A stretch of DNA of 64,000 nt from Octopus vulgaris (taxonomy: Eukaryota), in assembly GCA_951406725.2 (NCBI GenBank), contig OX597835.1:12214001-12278000 (forward strand). Direction: 5' to 3'. Positions 12,985 through 24,909 of this stretch are shown here, piece by piece (the stretch's first letter is position 1; each line of letters starts with the position of its first letter). Under the pieces are notes generated by a model, which was not told the origin of the DNA, did not search any database, and saw only the letters and a list, made by a program, of their open reading frames with translations. Both the position numbers and the translations under genes were made by a program.

Positions 12985-13322
12985 TTATCTTTTGTTATAG
13001 TCATTTAGTCTACGGCCATGCTGGGGCACCACCTTGAAGAATTTTAGTCAAAAAAATCGAGCAAATCAGGTACTAGTACTATCACGCCTTTATTACCGAA
13101 TCACTAAGTCGCAGGGACGTAAACAAACCAACACTGGTTATCAAGAAGTGGTGGGTAACAGACACAGCACAAGCATGTGCATATACAAATATGTGTGTGT
13201 GTATGTAAATGTATATATATGTATGTATATATGCGTATATGTGAGCGTGTGTGGGGACGGAGTGGCTGCATGGTAAGCACCTTGGGCGAGTCTTCTACTA
13301 TAGCTTCGGGCTGACCAAAGAC
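12985..13322. mobile_element. Degraded family B fragments (minus-strand tail, then plus-strand head)
   Basis: ggccatgctggggcaccaccttg...acgtaaacaaaccaacactggtt, then ggagtggctgcatggtaagcaccttgggcgagtcttctactatagc. Confidence 0.65.
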
Positions 13323-13496
13323 TCTCCCAAGAGAGTCCAACATATGCATAGCTCCAATATCGAACCCCATACTTTAGTCCACAACAGAAACCCTACCAAT
13401 CCCACTAACACTAACCAGAATACTACGATCCCAACTTCCACCACTTTTACAGACAGAAGAAATAACAACAACGATAGAAAAAGTAATGATAATAGT

Positions 13497-13881
13497 GGAA
13501 GCACTCCGTCGGTTACGACGATGAGGGTTCCGGTTGATCCGAATCAACGGAACAGCCTGCTCGTGAAATTAACGTGTAAGTGGCTGAGCACTCCACAGAC
13601 ACGTGCACTCTTAACGTAGTTCTCGGGGATATTCATCGTGACACAGAGAGTGACAAGGCCGGCCCCTTTAAATACAGGTACAACAGAAACAGGAAGTAAG
13701 AGTGAGAGAAAGTTGTGGTGAAAGAGTACAGCAGGGATCACCACCATCCCCTGCCGGAGCCTCGTGGAGCTTTTAGGTGTTTTCGCTCAATAAACACTCA
13801 CAACGCCCGGTCTGGGAATCGAAACCTCGATCCTATGACCGCGAGTCCGCTGCCCTAACCACTGGGCTATTGTGCCTCCAC
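13497..13881 (-). mobile_element. SINE family A, full length
   Basis: Near-identical to the other A copies; TSD taatgataatagt at 13484-13496 and 13882-13894. Confidence 0.93.
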
Positions 13882-14139
13882 TAATGATAATAGTATTAAT
13901 AATCTTAATAGCATAAACCAATCTATCCTCATCTCTAACCTCCCTTCAGGCAGTTTACTTCCTCCGTTCCTGAAAATAACCCCCACAATACTCTACCATG
14001 TAACTGCCGCCCTGGGACAATCTGTCCTCTACAAACCCGTTGCAGAAGGCTAACGTAATTTATTAATGCACTGTCCGCATATATACACATATATAAAATC
14101 CATGTTATTTATAAATACTTTATTGGAAGTCTGTACCTT

Positions 14140-14365
14140 TTTTCTTTATTGTCCACAAGGGGCTAAACATAGAAGGGACAAACAAGGACAAAGGGATTAA
14201 GTCGATTACATCGACCCCAGTGCATAACTAGTACTTAATTTATCGACCCCGAAAGGATGAAAGGTAAAGTCGACCTCGGCGGAATTTGAACTCAGAACGT
14301 AGCGTTAGACGGAATATCGATAAGCATTTTGCCCGGCGTGCTAACGTTTCTGCCAGCTCGCCGCC
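14140..14365 (-). mobile_element. SINE family C (C1 tail), full length
   Basis: Minus strand ggcggcgagctggcagaaacg..gagttcaaattcc..tttcatcctttcggggtcgataaattaagtac..aataaagaaa; TSD ctgtacctt on both sides. Confidence 0.9.
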
Positions 14366-14515
14366 TGTACCTTATTTCCCCTTGACATGCCCACATTATT
14401 GTACTCTGCTGTATTTCATTTGTATTCTTGTCTTTGCTCTCATTCTTATTCTTATTCTACTCTATTTAAAAGGATAAGCACAGCTTATCTATTCTTAACT
14501 GATTTTTATGTGTTT

Positions 14516-14887
14516 AGCACTCCACAGACACGCGTTCCCTTAACGTAATCTTCATGGAGATTTAGCGTGACACAGAATGTAAGAAGGTCAAGCCCTTTTG
14601 AAAATAAAGGTTCAACTCGTTTTTGCCATCTCATTGGACTGGAGCAAAAAATGAAGTAAAGTATCTTACTCTTTTACTCTTTTACTTGTTTCAGTCATTT
14701 GACTGCGGCTATGCTGGAGCACCGCCTTTTAGTCGAGCAAATCGACCCCGGGACTTATTCTTTGTAAGCCCAGTACTTATTCTATCGGTCTCTTTTGCCG
14801 AACCGCTAAGTGACGGGGACGTAAAGACACCAGCATCGGTTGTCAAGCAATGCTAGGGAGACAAACACAGACACACAAACACACAGA

Positions 14888-14953
<66 letters not shown>

Positions 14954-15172
14954 TATATACGACGGGCTTCTTTCATTTTCCGTCTACCAAATCCACTCAC
15001 AAGGCATTGGTCGGCCCGAGGCTATAGCAGAAGACACTTGCCCAAGATACCACGCAGTGGGACTGAACCCGGAACCATGTGGTTGGTTATACAAGCTACT
15101 TACCACACAGCCACTCCTGCTCAAGGACGCAACATGCTGCCGGCAATCAAACTCATGACCTTACGTTCGAAA
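14516..15172 (-). mobile_element. Degraded family A' SINE split by a family B insertion
   Basis: A' sequence runs to ...taaagtatcttact (14670) and resumes tcaaggacgcaac (15121). Confidence 0.7.
14668..15120 (-). mobile_element. SINE family B, full length
   Basis: Tail (cttttact)n, internal (TA)n at 14891-14950, head ...ccacacagccactcctgc. Confidence 0.92.
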
Positions 15173-15866
15173 TTCGTATCGATCAATCAACGTGGGAAAT
15201 ATTTAAACAGAAAAATACTGTAAACCAAAAAAACAAAAAAAAAGAGGAGGAAAATGTGTAAATTGTAATTATTTCATAACTTAACAGCTCACATAAAATA
15301 AAAGAGCGAAATCAGAGAATAACAGAAGCACCAGTTTATAGCAGTCGTTTCTGTTATTTATATACTTTCAACGTGTTTTCTCTTATAAAAGTAAGCAAAT
15401 AACGAAGAATTAAATATATTTTGATCTTTTACTTTTTGGCTAAACGCCAGACATTTTAAGAAACAGTTTTACATTATAACAAAATCGATAAACATTTTTT
15501 TGGGGTTTTTTTAAAAAATTTTTTGTTTTTGTTTTTTTTTATTTTGTTTTTTGTTTTTGTTTTTCAGATAGATTATAAAAGATATTGTCATATAGAATTT
15601 TTAGTTTATTAAAATTTATTGTCATGTGTGATTTAGATTTACCATTGTTTTGAAATTTTTTGGTAAATATGTCAGCTTTTGTTTTTTGTTTGTTTCTTGT
15701 AATATTTCATTCGATTAAGATTTAACTTAATTGTTTCCACTTTCGTTTTCTGTCGATAATATCAAGGGAAGTGACGTTAAAGAAAACTAACATGACATTG
15801 GCACCTCCCAGTTCGTCAAATGAAGATTATGAGGATGACGGGGGGAAAAGTGGCAGAAATAACAGG

Positions 15867-16071
15867 TAATAATCTTTTCTACAATAGCCACGAGGGAACT
15901 AGTCGATTGCATCGACCCCCCACTTTTTAACTGGTACTTATTTTATCGACCCCGAAAGAGTGAAAGGCAAAGTCGACCTCGGCGGAGTTTGAACTCTGAA
16001 CCTAAGGACGGACGAAATGCCGCTAAGCATTTTGCCTGGCATGCTAACGATTCTGCCATCTCGCCGCCTTA
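15867..16071 (-). mobile_element. SINE family C (C2 tail)
   Basis: gtcgattgcatcgacccc..actggtactt..aaggcaaagtcgacctcggcggagtttgaac..ctcgccgcctt. Confidence 0.85.
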
Positions 16072-16420
16072 ATAACAGTTAATAATGAAGTCGATAAAGT
16101 TAAAGAGGGACGCTGAAACGCAATCGTAATGGTAGACCCATATATTTGGAAACCCGGCGGAACGAAACACTCGAAGCAGTCAACTGATTAATAAGAATAG
16201 AAGCACTGTGGTGTGGCCATAGTGTGTACAACCCGGGTGGCCTCTGGGTTTGCTGACCTACACGGGGTCGCTAAGGCTTATACAGGCTTATACAGAAGAT
16301 CAAAAAGTTATACCCTCCTCTATAAAAGTGTTACCTAAATAGGACCCCCTCACCAGCTACCTAGCTACGCTACTACAGCAGCAATACAAGCAGCAATGCC
16401 AGAAGCAACAACAGCAACAG

Positions 16421-16966
16421 TGGGGGCACAATGGCCCAGTGGTTAGGGAAGCGGTCTCACGGTCGTAAGAACGCGTTTTCGATTCTCGGTCCGGGTATTG
16501 TGAGTGTTTATTGAGCAAAAACACCTAAGCTTCACGAAGCTCTGGCCGTGTGGGGAACCCCGCTGTACTCTTTCATCACAACTTTCTCTCACTCTTTCTT
16601 CCTACATCTGCTACAAAGCAGAGGAACCATGGTATAACCCAGTATGGTGTGGTAAACTTTCAGACCCTAATCTAGATTGCGAATCCTCTGTACCCCAGGA
16701 TGGTTCAGCTCTCCACCCGTTAAAAGCCACCGTTTACGGAATAAGGATAACAACGTAGCTTTCACGCCTGTGCAACCGCCAGTCTATCGCGTGTGGTGGG
16801 TGGATCTTCAAGTTGCCACATGCATTCTTTGTAGCTTAGAGTAGGCTCGAATTAGAGATTATTCTTTGTGGCTAATGGCATGAGTCCTAATTGGAAGAAG
16901 AAGAAGAAGAAGAAGAAGAAGAAGAAGAAGAAGAAGAAGAAGAAGAAGAAGAAGAAGAAGAAGAAG
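16421..16966 (+). mobile_element. Chimeric SINE: family A head, unrelated tail, (GAA)n end
   Basis: 16421-16605 matches the A head and body, then diverges; ends ggcatgagtcctaattg(gaa)n. Exact 13-bp TSD acaacagcaacag at 16408-16420 and 16967-16979. Confidence 0.85.
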
Positions 16967-17037
16967 ACAACAGCAACAGCAGCATTAATAGCAGCAGCAG
17001 CAACAGCCGTTCAAGAATTATTGTTTATTTTTTTTTA

Positions 17038-17264
17038 ATTTCTTTATTGCCCACAAGCGGCTAAACATAGAAGGGACAAACAAAGACAGACAAAGGGATT
17101 AAGTCGATTACATCGACCCCAGTGCGTAACTGGTACTTAATTTATCGACCCCGAAAGGATGAAAGGCAAAGTCGACCTTGGCGGAATTTGAATTCGGAAC
17201 GTAACGACAGGCGAAATACTGCTACGCATTTCGCCCGGCGTGCTAACCTTTTCTGCCAGCTCGC
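17038..17264 (-). mobile_element. SINE family C (C1 tail)
   Basis: Matches 14140-14365; TSD attgtttattt at 17020-17030 and 17272-17282. Confidence 0.9.
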
Positions 17265-17388
17265 TGGTTTCATTGTTTATTTAGTTAGTTACTGTTGTTG
17301 TTGTTGTCGTAGAAGGTAGTAGCTGTTCTTTTTGTTGTAATACCAACTGTTGTTGTTGCTGCTGTTGTTGTTGTTGTTGTTGTTACTG

Positions 17389-17770
17389 GATGGAAGCACT
17401 CCGTCGGTTACGACGACGAGGGTTCCGGTTGATCCGAATCAACGGAACAGCCTGCTCGTGAAATTAACGTGGAAGTGGCTGAGCACTCCACAGACACGTG
17501 TACCCTTAACGTAGTTCTCGGGGATATTCAGCGTAACACAGAGAGTGACAAGGCCGGCCCTTTGAAATACAGGTACAACAGAAGCAGGAAGTAAGAGTGA
17601 GAGAAAGTTGTGGTGAAAGAGTACAGCAGGGATCACCACCATCCCCTGCCGGAGCCTCGTGGAGCTTTTTTAGGTGTTTTTCGCTCAATAAACACTCACA
17701 ACGCCCGGTCTGGGAATCGAAACCGCGATCCTATGACCGCATGTCTGCTGCCCTAACCACTGGGCCATTG
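17389..17770 (-). mobile_element. SINE family A, slightly 5'-truncated
   Basis: Near-identical to the other A copies; TSD ttgttgttactg on both sides. Confidence 0.92.
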
Positions 17771-18372
17771 TTGTTACTGCTGTTGTTGCTGCCATCGCTT
17801 TTATTGGAAAAAGTCGTGCTTATTCATGGCGGTACATTGTAGACTGAAATATTCAAAGAAATACCTAGCGTTCGGTCTTAATATTGAAGCTGCTGCCACC
17901 ATAACAGACATCGGTTAACAAGAAAGAAGACATACGAATAAAAGTTTGTGTATTGATATTAAACTCACATTCTTTGCATATTATAATTTATGGAAAAAAT
18001 TAATACATTGAAACTGTCATGTCGGCGAAAAGCAGCACTTTATATACATTACTTATAGATAGTGTCTACATAAATGTATTTCTTCAACTCTATCTCTTGC
18101 AAATAAGAAGCCGTACTTTCACTTGAGTTAAGTATTTAACGGTAAAAATTGATGCGTTTCTACTTCAATAAAATGAACTGAGGAAGTCTTTACAAGTGAG
18201 GTGTGTCGCCCGACTTCACTTCACTGATATAAAACCTCAATACTTGTTATTAATGTTCACTTATGCCACTGTTTCTCTCTCATTAATAATTGTTGAGATG
18301 TAAATGGCAGAAGTCTTACACTGCACTTTAATGTGCTGTCATTTTTCTGAGGAAAGTGTTTAAATCAACAAG

Positions 18373-18493
<121 letters not shown>

Positions 18494-18497
18494 GGGG

Positions 18498-18788
18498 CAA
18501 GGTGACGAGGTGACAGAATCATTATCGATCTGAACAAAATGCTGTTAAGCATTTCGTCGGTTCTTACGTTCTGAGTTCAAATTCCGGCGAGGTCGACCTA
18601 GGCTTTTATCCTTTCGGGTTCGATGAAATAAGCACATAGTTGCGCACTAAGGGGAGAGTCGATGTTTTCGACTGCCCCTCCCTAAAAATTTCAGACCTTG
18701 TGCCTATAGTAGAAAAGATCGATGGGGTCGATGTAATCGAGTTAATCCCTTCCCCCAAATTTGAGGCCTTGTGCTTCCAGCAGAAAGG

Positions 18789-18819
<31 letters not shown>

Positions 18820-19238
18820 GTTGTGGTGAAGATGGTGATGGTAGTGGCTCGGAAGAATCACTAGATCAACAAAAAAATGTCTTGCAGTGTTTCTCCCGGT
18901 TTTCTATTTCTGAGTTCAATCCTGGCGGGTTCAAATTTGCTTTTCATCCTTTCGGGGTTAATAAAATATGATCCTAATCAAATAGTAACTTTGAGGGTAT
19001 CTACTAACCCTCCTCCCCTCAAAATTGCTCGCCTTATGTCTAAATCATAACCCATAAGGCGGTGAGCTGGCAGAATCGATAGAGCGTCACAAAAATGCCA
19101 CACGATGTTTGTTCAGGCTGTTTAGATTTTGGATTCAATTCTTACCTAAACCAACTTCGCCTTCGTTCTCTCGGGGTCGATATAATAAAGTACCAATGAA
19201 GTGACTTATCGAATAACCCACTCACCTCAAAATTGTTG
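18498..19238 (+). mobile_element. Three consecutive degraded family C2 SINEs
   Basis: Copies begin near 18498, 18850 and 19056, with gagttcaa, catcctttcgggg and ccccaaaatt..gccttgtgcc blocks. The third is interrupted at 19239 and resumes at 20053. Confidence 0.75.
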
Positions 19239-20052
19239 GGATCTTTTCGGTTTGACCGGCAGTTTTTTCTAGCGGTTTCATATGAAATTGTCACCCATAA
19301 CTATGACCCTAGTATCGATGTATTGCATTTCAATCTGTTTTAGGGTTAGGGTTAGGGGTGGGGGAAGAGTATCTTTTTTTTCTTCAGAAATGTAAATAAA
19401 CCCAATCTGTTTCTTAAACGAGGGACATATTCATACGGCACAGAATGTTTTCACCTCATTGGACGTCATTGATTGGTTGAAATTGCAGAAATTGAAGAAA
19501 AAAACAACAGATATCTTGCAAACTATGGAATTTTCTCAATAAAACCAAGAGAAAAAGATGTTTTATAAACACATTCTACCAGTATACGGTGGAGGCACAA
19601 TGGCCCAGTGGTTAGGGCAGCGGACTCGCGGTCGTAGGATCGCGGTTTCGATTCCCAGACCGGGCGTTGTGAGTGTTTATTGAGCGAAAACACCTAAAGC
19701 TCCACGAGGCTCCGGCAGGGATGGTGGTGATCCCTGCTGTACTCTTTCACCAAAACTTTCTCTCACTCTTACTTCCTGTTTCTGTTGTACCTGTATTTCA
19801 AAGGGCCGGCCTTGTCACTCTCTGTGTCACGCTGAATATCCCCGAGAACTACGTTAAGGGTACACGTGTCTGTGGAGTGCTCAGCCACTTACACGTTAAT
19901 TTCACGAGCAGGCTGTTCCGTTGATTCAGATCAACCGGAACCCTCGTCGTCGTAACCGACGGAGTGCTTCCACCCACCAGTATACGAAGTTTAAAAGTGC
20001 TTAGCTACGTGGGAATTATTTTAAAAAACTGCCGTTCAAACCGAAAATATCC
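19239..20052. mobile_element. Non-autonomous DNA transposon (MITE) with 30-bp TIRs and 8-bp TSD, Merlin-like termini
   Basis: ggatcttttcggtttgaccggcagtttttt / aaaaaactgccgttcaaaccgaaaatatcc (2 mismatches in 30); TSD aattgttg at 19231-19238 and 20053-20060; GG..CC ends. Confidence 0.85.
19589..19975 (+). mobile_element. SINE family A nested in the MITE
   Basis: Full length; TSD accagtatacg at 19578-19588 and 19976-19986. Confidence 0.93.
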
Positions 20053-20524
20053 AATTGTTGGCCTGGTAACTGAATCAGAATTCATTATTTTGGGATCGTG
20101 AAATATTCATTTATTTTTAGGCGTGAAATGACATTAATTTTAAGCGAAGTGAAATGACATTAATTTTAAAACAAGTGGCATCATGGTTTTTTTTTTCTCA
20201 ATTGCATACAGCGCCGCAAATCACAGTTTTACACATGAAGAGAATTAAATTTGTTTGGCATTCAGTTCTTTCTCATCGACATATAGGGGACATTTAGATG
20301 ACACCATCCGGAAATATAAAAAAAGAAACAAAACAAAATGTGAAATTGCCTTAGCATTAAACAGTTTGCCATCAATTCCAATTTCGCTTTCAATTCACTA
20401 TTTCTACCAGAAAAATCCCAGCAGATTACGTTGTATAAACAACAACCCAAATAATGAATAACACATTTGATGGTGTTGGCCGGTGACAAAATTGGAGACA
20501 GACCGTCAGCGACCTCTCTCTTTC

Positions 20525-20728
20525 TCTCTTTTACTTGTTTCAGTCATTTGACTGCGGCCATGCTGGAGCACCGCCTTTAATCGAGCAAATCGACCCCGGG
20601 ACTTATTCTTTGTAAGCCCAGTACTTATTCTATCAGTCTCTTTTGCCAAACCGCTAAGTGACGGGGACGTAAACACACCAGCATCGGTTGTCAAGCAATG
20701 CTAGGTGGGGACAAACACAGACACACAA

Positions 20729-20776
<48 letters not shown>

Positions 20777-20937
20777 GACAGGCTTCTTTCAGTTTCCGTC
20801 TCCCAAATCCACTCACAAGGCATTGGTCGGCCCGGGGCTATAGCAGAAGACACTTGCCCAAGATGCCACGCAGTGGGACTGAACCCGGAACCATGTGGTT
20901 GGTTAGCAAGCTACTTACCACACAGCCACTCCTGTGC

Positions 20938-20968
<31 letters not shown>

Positions 20969-21278
20969 CGACGGGCTTCTTTCAGTTTCCGTCTCCCAAA
21001 TCCACTCACAAGGCATTGGTCGGCCTGGGGCTATAGCAGAAGACACTTGCCCAAGATGCCACGCAGTGGGACTGAACCCGGAACCATGTGGTTGGTTAGC
21101 AAGCTACTTACCACACAGCCACTCCTGCGCCTATGTAGCTCTTATAACTGATACGTTTTATGCGGTTAGTTTCTCTACCAAATCCACTCACAAGGCATTG
21201 GTCGGCCCGAGGCTATAGCAGAAGACACTTGCCCAAGATGCCGCGCAGTGGGACTGAACCCGGAACCATGTGGTTGGT
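20525..21278 (-). mobile_element. SINE family B with two extra tandem head copies
   Basis: Full copy 20525-20939; head repeated at 20967-21132 and partially at 21174-21278. Confidence 0.9.
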
Positions 21279-21364
21279 TTGCAGAGGAACAGGAATTAAA
21301 AGAATAAATATGCTACAATCGTTATACCCCCCGTCTCTCCCCGCGCCACAAGCTTGAAAATAAG

Positions 21365-21529
21365 AATCTACTCTTTATCTCTTATCACTCTCTCTCCTTT
21401 CTCTCTATATCTCTATCCCCCCGCTCACAATCTCTCAGTCTCTGAGTCTGTCAGTCTCTTTCTTTCTTCCCCCTCATCTCTTCCTGAGTCTCTGTCTCTT
21501 TCTTTCATTCCTCTTCTTCTCTCTCTCTC

Positions 21530-21582
<53 letters not shown>

Positions 21583-21734
21583 ATCTATCTATCTCTATCC
21601 TCCTCAATCTCTCAGTCTCTGTGTCTGTCAGTCTCTTTCTTTCATTCCCTCTGTCTTCTCTCTCTTCCTTTCTCTCTCTCTCTCTCTCTCTCTTTTTTCT
21701 ATCTCTTTATCTCCCCCTCAATTACTCTATCTTC

Positions 21735-21778
<44 letters not shown>

Positions 21779-21865
21779 ATCTATCTATCTCTATCCTCCT
21801 CAATCTCTCAGTCTCTGTGTCTGTCAGTCTCTTTCTTTCATTCCCTCTGTCTTCTCTCTCTTCCT

Positions 21866-21900
<35 letters not shown>

Positions 21901-21966
21901 ATTTTACCTTTTTTCTATCTCTTTATCTCCCCCTCAATTACTCTATCTTCCCTTTCTCTCTCTCTC

Positions 21967-22004
<38 letters not shown>

Positions 22005-22016
22005 TCTCTCTCTCTC
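21365..22016. repeat. (CT)n-rich tract with internal ~200-bp duplication
   Basis: ctatccatctatctatctctatcctcctcaatctctcagtctctgtgtctgtcag occurs near 21575 and 21770. Confidence 0.9.
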
Positions 22017-22707
22017 AAATTATTTATTACAGCATTTGCTGTTGGTTTGGTTAAAATATTACTTCACACTTCCGATCTTGAAAACCAAACAAATATTTCA
22101 TAAATTACTTTTTGAGTTTGGTGAGGGAATTTTTCAGTAAAGAAAAAAAGAATTATAGATATTTAATTATATATCTTTGACGAGTTCTTTACCTCTGAAA
22201 CATTAGCAAAATACAAGCTACAATGAACAAGCAGAGAACACGGTTTCAAATCTTTGCGGAATACATTTTTCCTCGAAGGAATATTATAAATATTTATTCA
22301 TATATCGGTGGCCAGGTCTTTAAAGCAAAAATATAAGTAAATAACAAGCTACGACAAAAAAAAAACAGAGGATACAGTTCCAAATTTCATATCAAATACC
22401 TCTCGAATGCGCCGATCAGAAGTTTTAATATGGCGCCAACATTAAATATTGCTTTCATATTCTTGTCATGGGAGGTCGTCAGTGTTCATTACAGCTTTAC
22501 TTGCCTCTGTGCCTAGTGAGAAAGAATAAGGGAGGAACTGGAATATCCTCTAACGGGGACTTGGTTCGAATATTTGCAATAGAAGATATGTGTGTGTGTA
22601 TGTATGTATGTATGTATGTATGTATGTATGTATGTATGTATATATATATATATATCTATATATATATATATATATATACATATATATACATACATATATA
22701 GATAGAT

Positions 22708-22881
22708 AGGCGCAGGATAGATAGGCTCTGTGGTAAGTAGCTTGCTTACCAACCACATGGTTCCGGGTTCATTCCTACTGCGTGGTACCTTGGGCAAGTG
22801 TCTTCTACTATAGCCTCGGTCCGACCAAAGCCTTGTGAGTGGAATTGGTAGGCGGAAACTGAAAGAAGCCCGTCGTATATA

Positions 22882-22918
<37 letters not shown>

Positions 22919-23123
22919 ATGTTTGTATGTCTGTGTTTGTCCCCCCAACATCGCTTGACAACCAATGGTGGTGTGTTTACGTCCTCGTAGCTTAGCGGTT
23001 CGACAAAAGAGACCGATAGAATAAGTATTAGGCTTCCAAAGAATAAGTCTTGGGGTCGATTTGATCGGCTAAAAGGCGGTGCTCCAGCATGGCCGCAGTC
23101 AAATGACTAAAACGAGTAAAAGA

Positions 23124-23125
<2 letters not shown>
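22708..23125 (+). mobile_element. SINE family B
   Basis: Full length with internal (TG)n. Confidence 0.9.
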
Positions 23126-23159
<34 letters not shown>

Positions 23160-23201
23160 AGAGAAGTGTACTCCCACGCAGAAAGAGATATAGGAGAATC
23201 T

Positions 23202-24207
23202 GGAGTTTGTTTGGGGGTTTCAAAATGCACCTGATTCTCAAAAGGTGTAGTTGTTTTTAAATTGTGTATTAGATTTATTCAAATACCAAACTGTAATTTG
23301 GTACCAACATATAAATAAAGGATTTAAGAGAGTTTTAATTTACAAAGTAAAATAATAGTGACTTATTAAGGGAAACAACCAAAAGGAACGCTAAAGGACC
23401 ATCAAGCAAAAACAAGTTACCGTGTCCCCACCATGAAGTCAACCAAACAGAACGCTGAACTTTGCCAAAACAAAAACATTTTGTCCAGAACGGAAAATAT
23501 TTTTGATCAACATAAGTGATGTCACGAAACCTACAACCAATTAGAAATTGTTCCTTGACCATAGTCAACAAGGAATGGACGTTACCAGGAAGCCATCCAA
23601 CAAAAACGTTAAACTTTGCCAAAACAAAAATATTTTGATCAAAACAACCACGAGAAAAACAAAAAGGCGTCATCAAAGTTATAACTAATCAAAACTTGAT
23701 CTTTTACCGTAAAAACATAAATATACTAAAATATTTGGGCCTATAAACAAGCTAAGAAGGTGAATAAGACGCATGCGCTTCGACTGAAATTGAAAAAGAA
23801 CTACACGAACCACGACATGAATTGTAAAGAAACACTTTTTTCTTTCTCTCTGTCTATTTCTCTTTCTTCCTACATTTTTTTTAATAAAAACTTAATATAT
23901 AACTGAACTTTCAATCGTGTATTTTTTATGATCTTCGTCGAACATTTAAGCTTATATTACTGTCTATCCCAGTAAAACTCATTGATATTACTGTGAACAT
24001 TTGAACATTTGATCGTTTAAACATGTTTTTCCGATTTTTACCTCGTAACTTGAAAGTCTCTTAAACCATTTATTTGTATATTTGTACTATTGATAAGCAA
24101 AAAATTGCCGTAATCGGTTTGGTATTTGAATAGGTCTATTAAAAAATTTAAAAGCGACTCCATGTTTTGAGATTCAGGCGCATTTTCAAATCCCAAAACG
24201 AATTCTC
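23202..24207. mobile_element. Non-autonomous DNA transposon with long imperfect TIRs
   Basis: 23202-23336 (gagtttgtttgggggtttcaaaatgcacctgattctcaaaa..tattcaaataccaaac..tttaagaga) is reverse-complementary to 24050-24207. Internal direct repeats aactttgccaaaacaaaaa near 23458 and 23611. Confidence 0.7.
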
Positions 24208-24219
24208 ATTTATATTTTT

Positions 24220-24385
24220 AGGAGTGTCTCTGTGGTAAGTAGCTTTCTTACGAACCACATGGTTCCGGATTCAGTCCCACTGTGTGGCACCTTGGGCATG
24301 TGTCTTCTACTATAGCCTCCGGCCGACTAAGGCCTTGTGAGTGGATTTGGTAGGCGGAAACTGAAAGAAGCCTGTCGGATATATG

Positions 24386-24445
<60 letters not shown>

Positions 24446-24687
24446 AGTATGTGTGTGTATTTGTTTGTGTGTCTCTATTTGCCCCCCTCCTCCAACATCG
24501 CTTGACAACCGATGCTGGTTTGTTTACGTCCCCGAAACTTAGCGGTTCGGCAAAAGAGACCGTTAGAATAGGTACTAGGCTTACAAAGAATAAGTCCTGG
24601 GGTCGATTTTCTCGACTAAAGGCGGTGCTCCAGCATGGCCACAGTCAAATGACTGAAACAAGTAAAAGAGTAAAAGAGTAAATGAGT
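24220..24687 (+). mobile_element. SINE family B
   Basis: Full length, internal (TA)n, (gtaaaaga)n tail. Confidence 0.9.
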
Positions 24688-24829
24688 ATATACCTTTTAA
24701 GCTATTTATTTTTTATACTTGCTTTACTTCCTTTTTTATCCATTCCCGTTTTTTGCTAACAATAAACATAGCCAACTCCTTGAATTGTTGATGTAACCAA
24801 AATGTTCTGATGTGCTAACTCTCTTTATT

Positions 24830-24909
<80 letters not shown>

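Noticed and set aside
13544-13747. Recurrent MVVIPAVLFHHNFLSLLLP.. ORF (also 17439, 19673, 38462, 56545) and recurrent RQASFSFRLPNPLTRHWS.. ORFs
   Set aside because: Incidental frames inside SINE families A and B; recurrence reflects SINE copy number.
22430-22440. tggcgccaac resembling an LTR primer-binding site
   Set aside because: No flanking LTR or gag/pol sequence visible.
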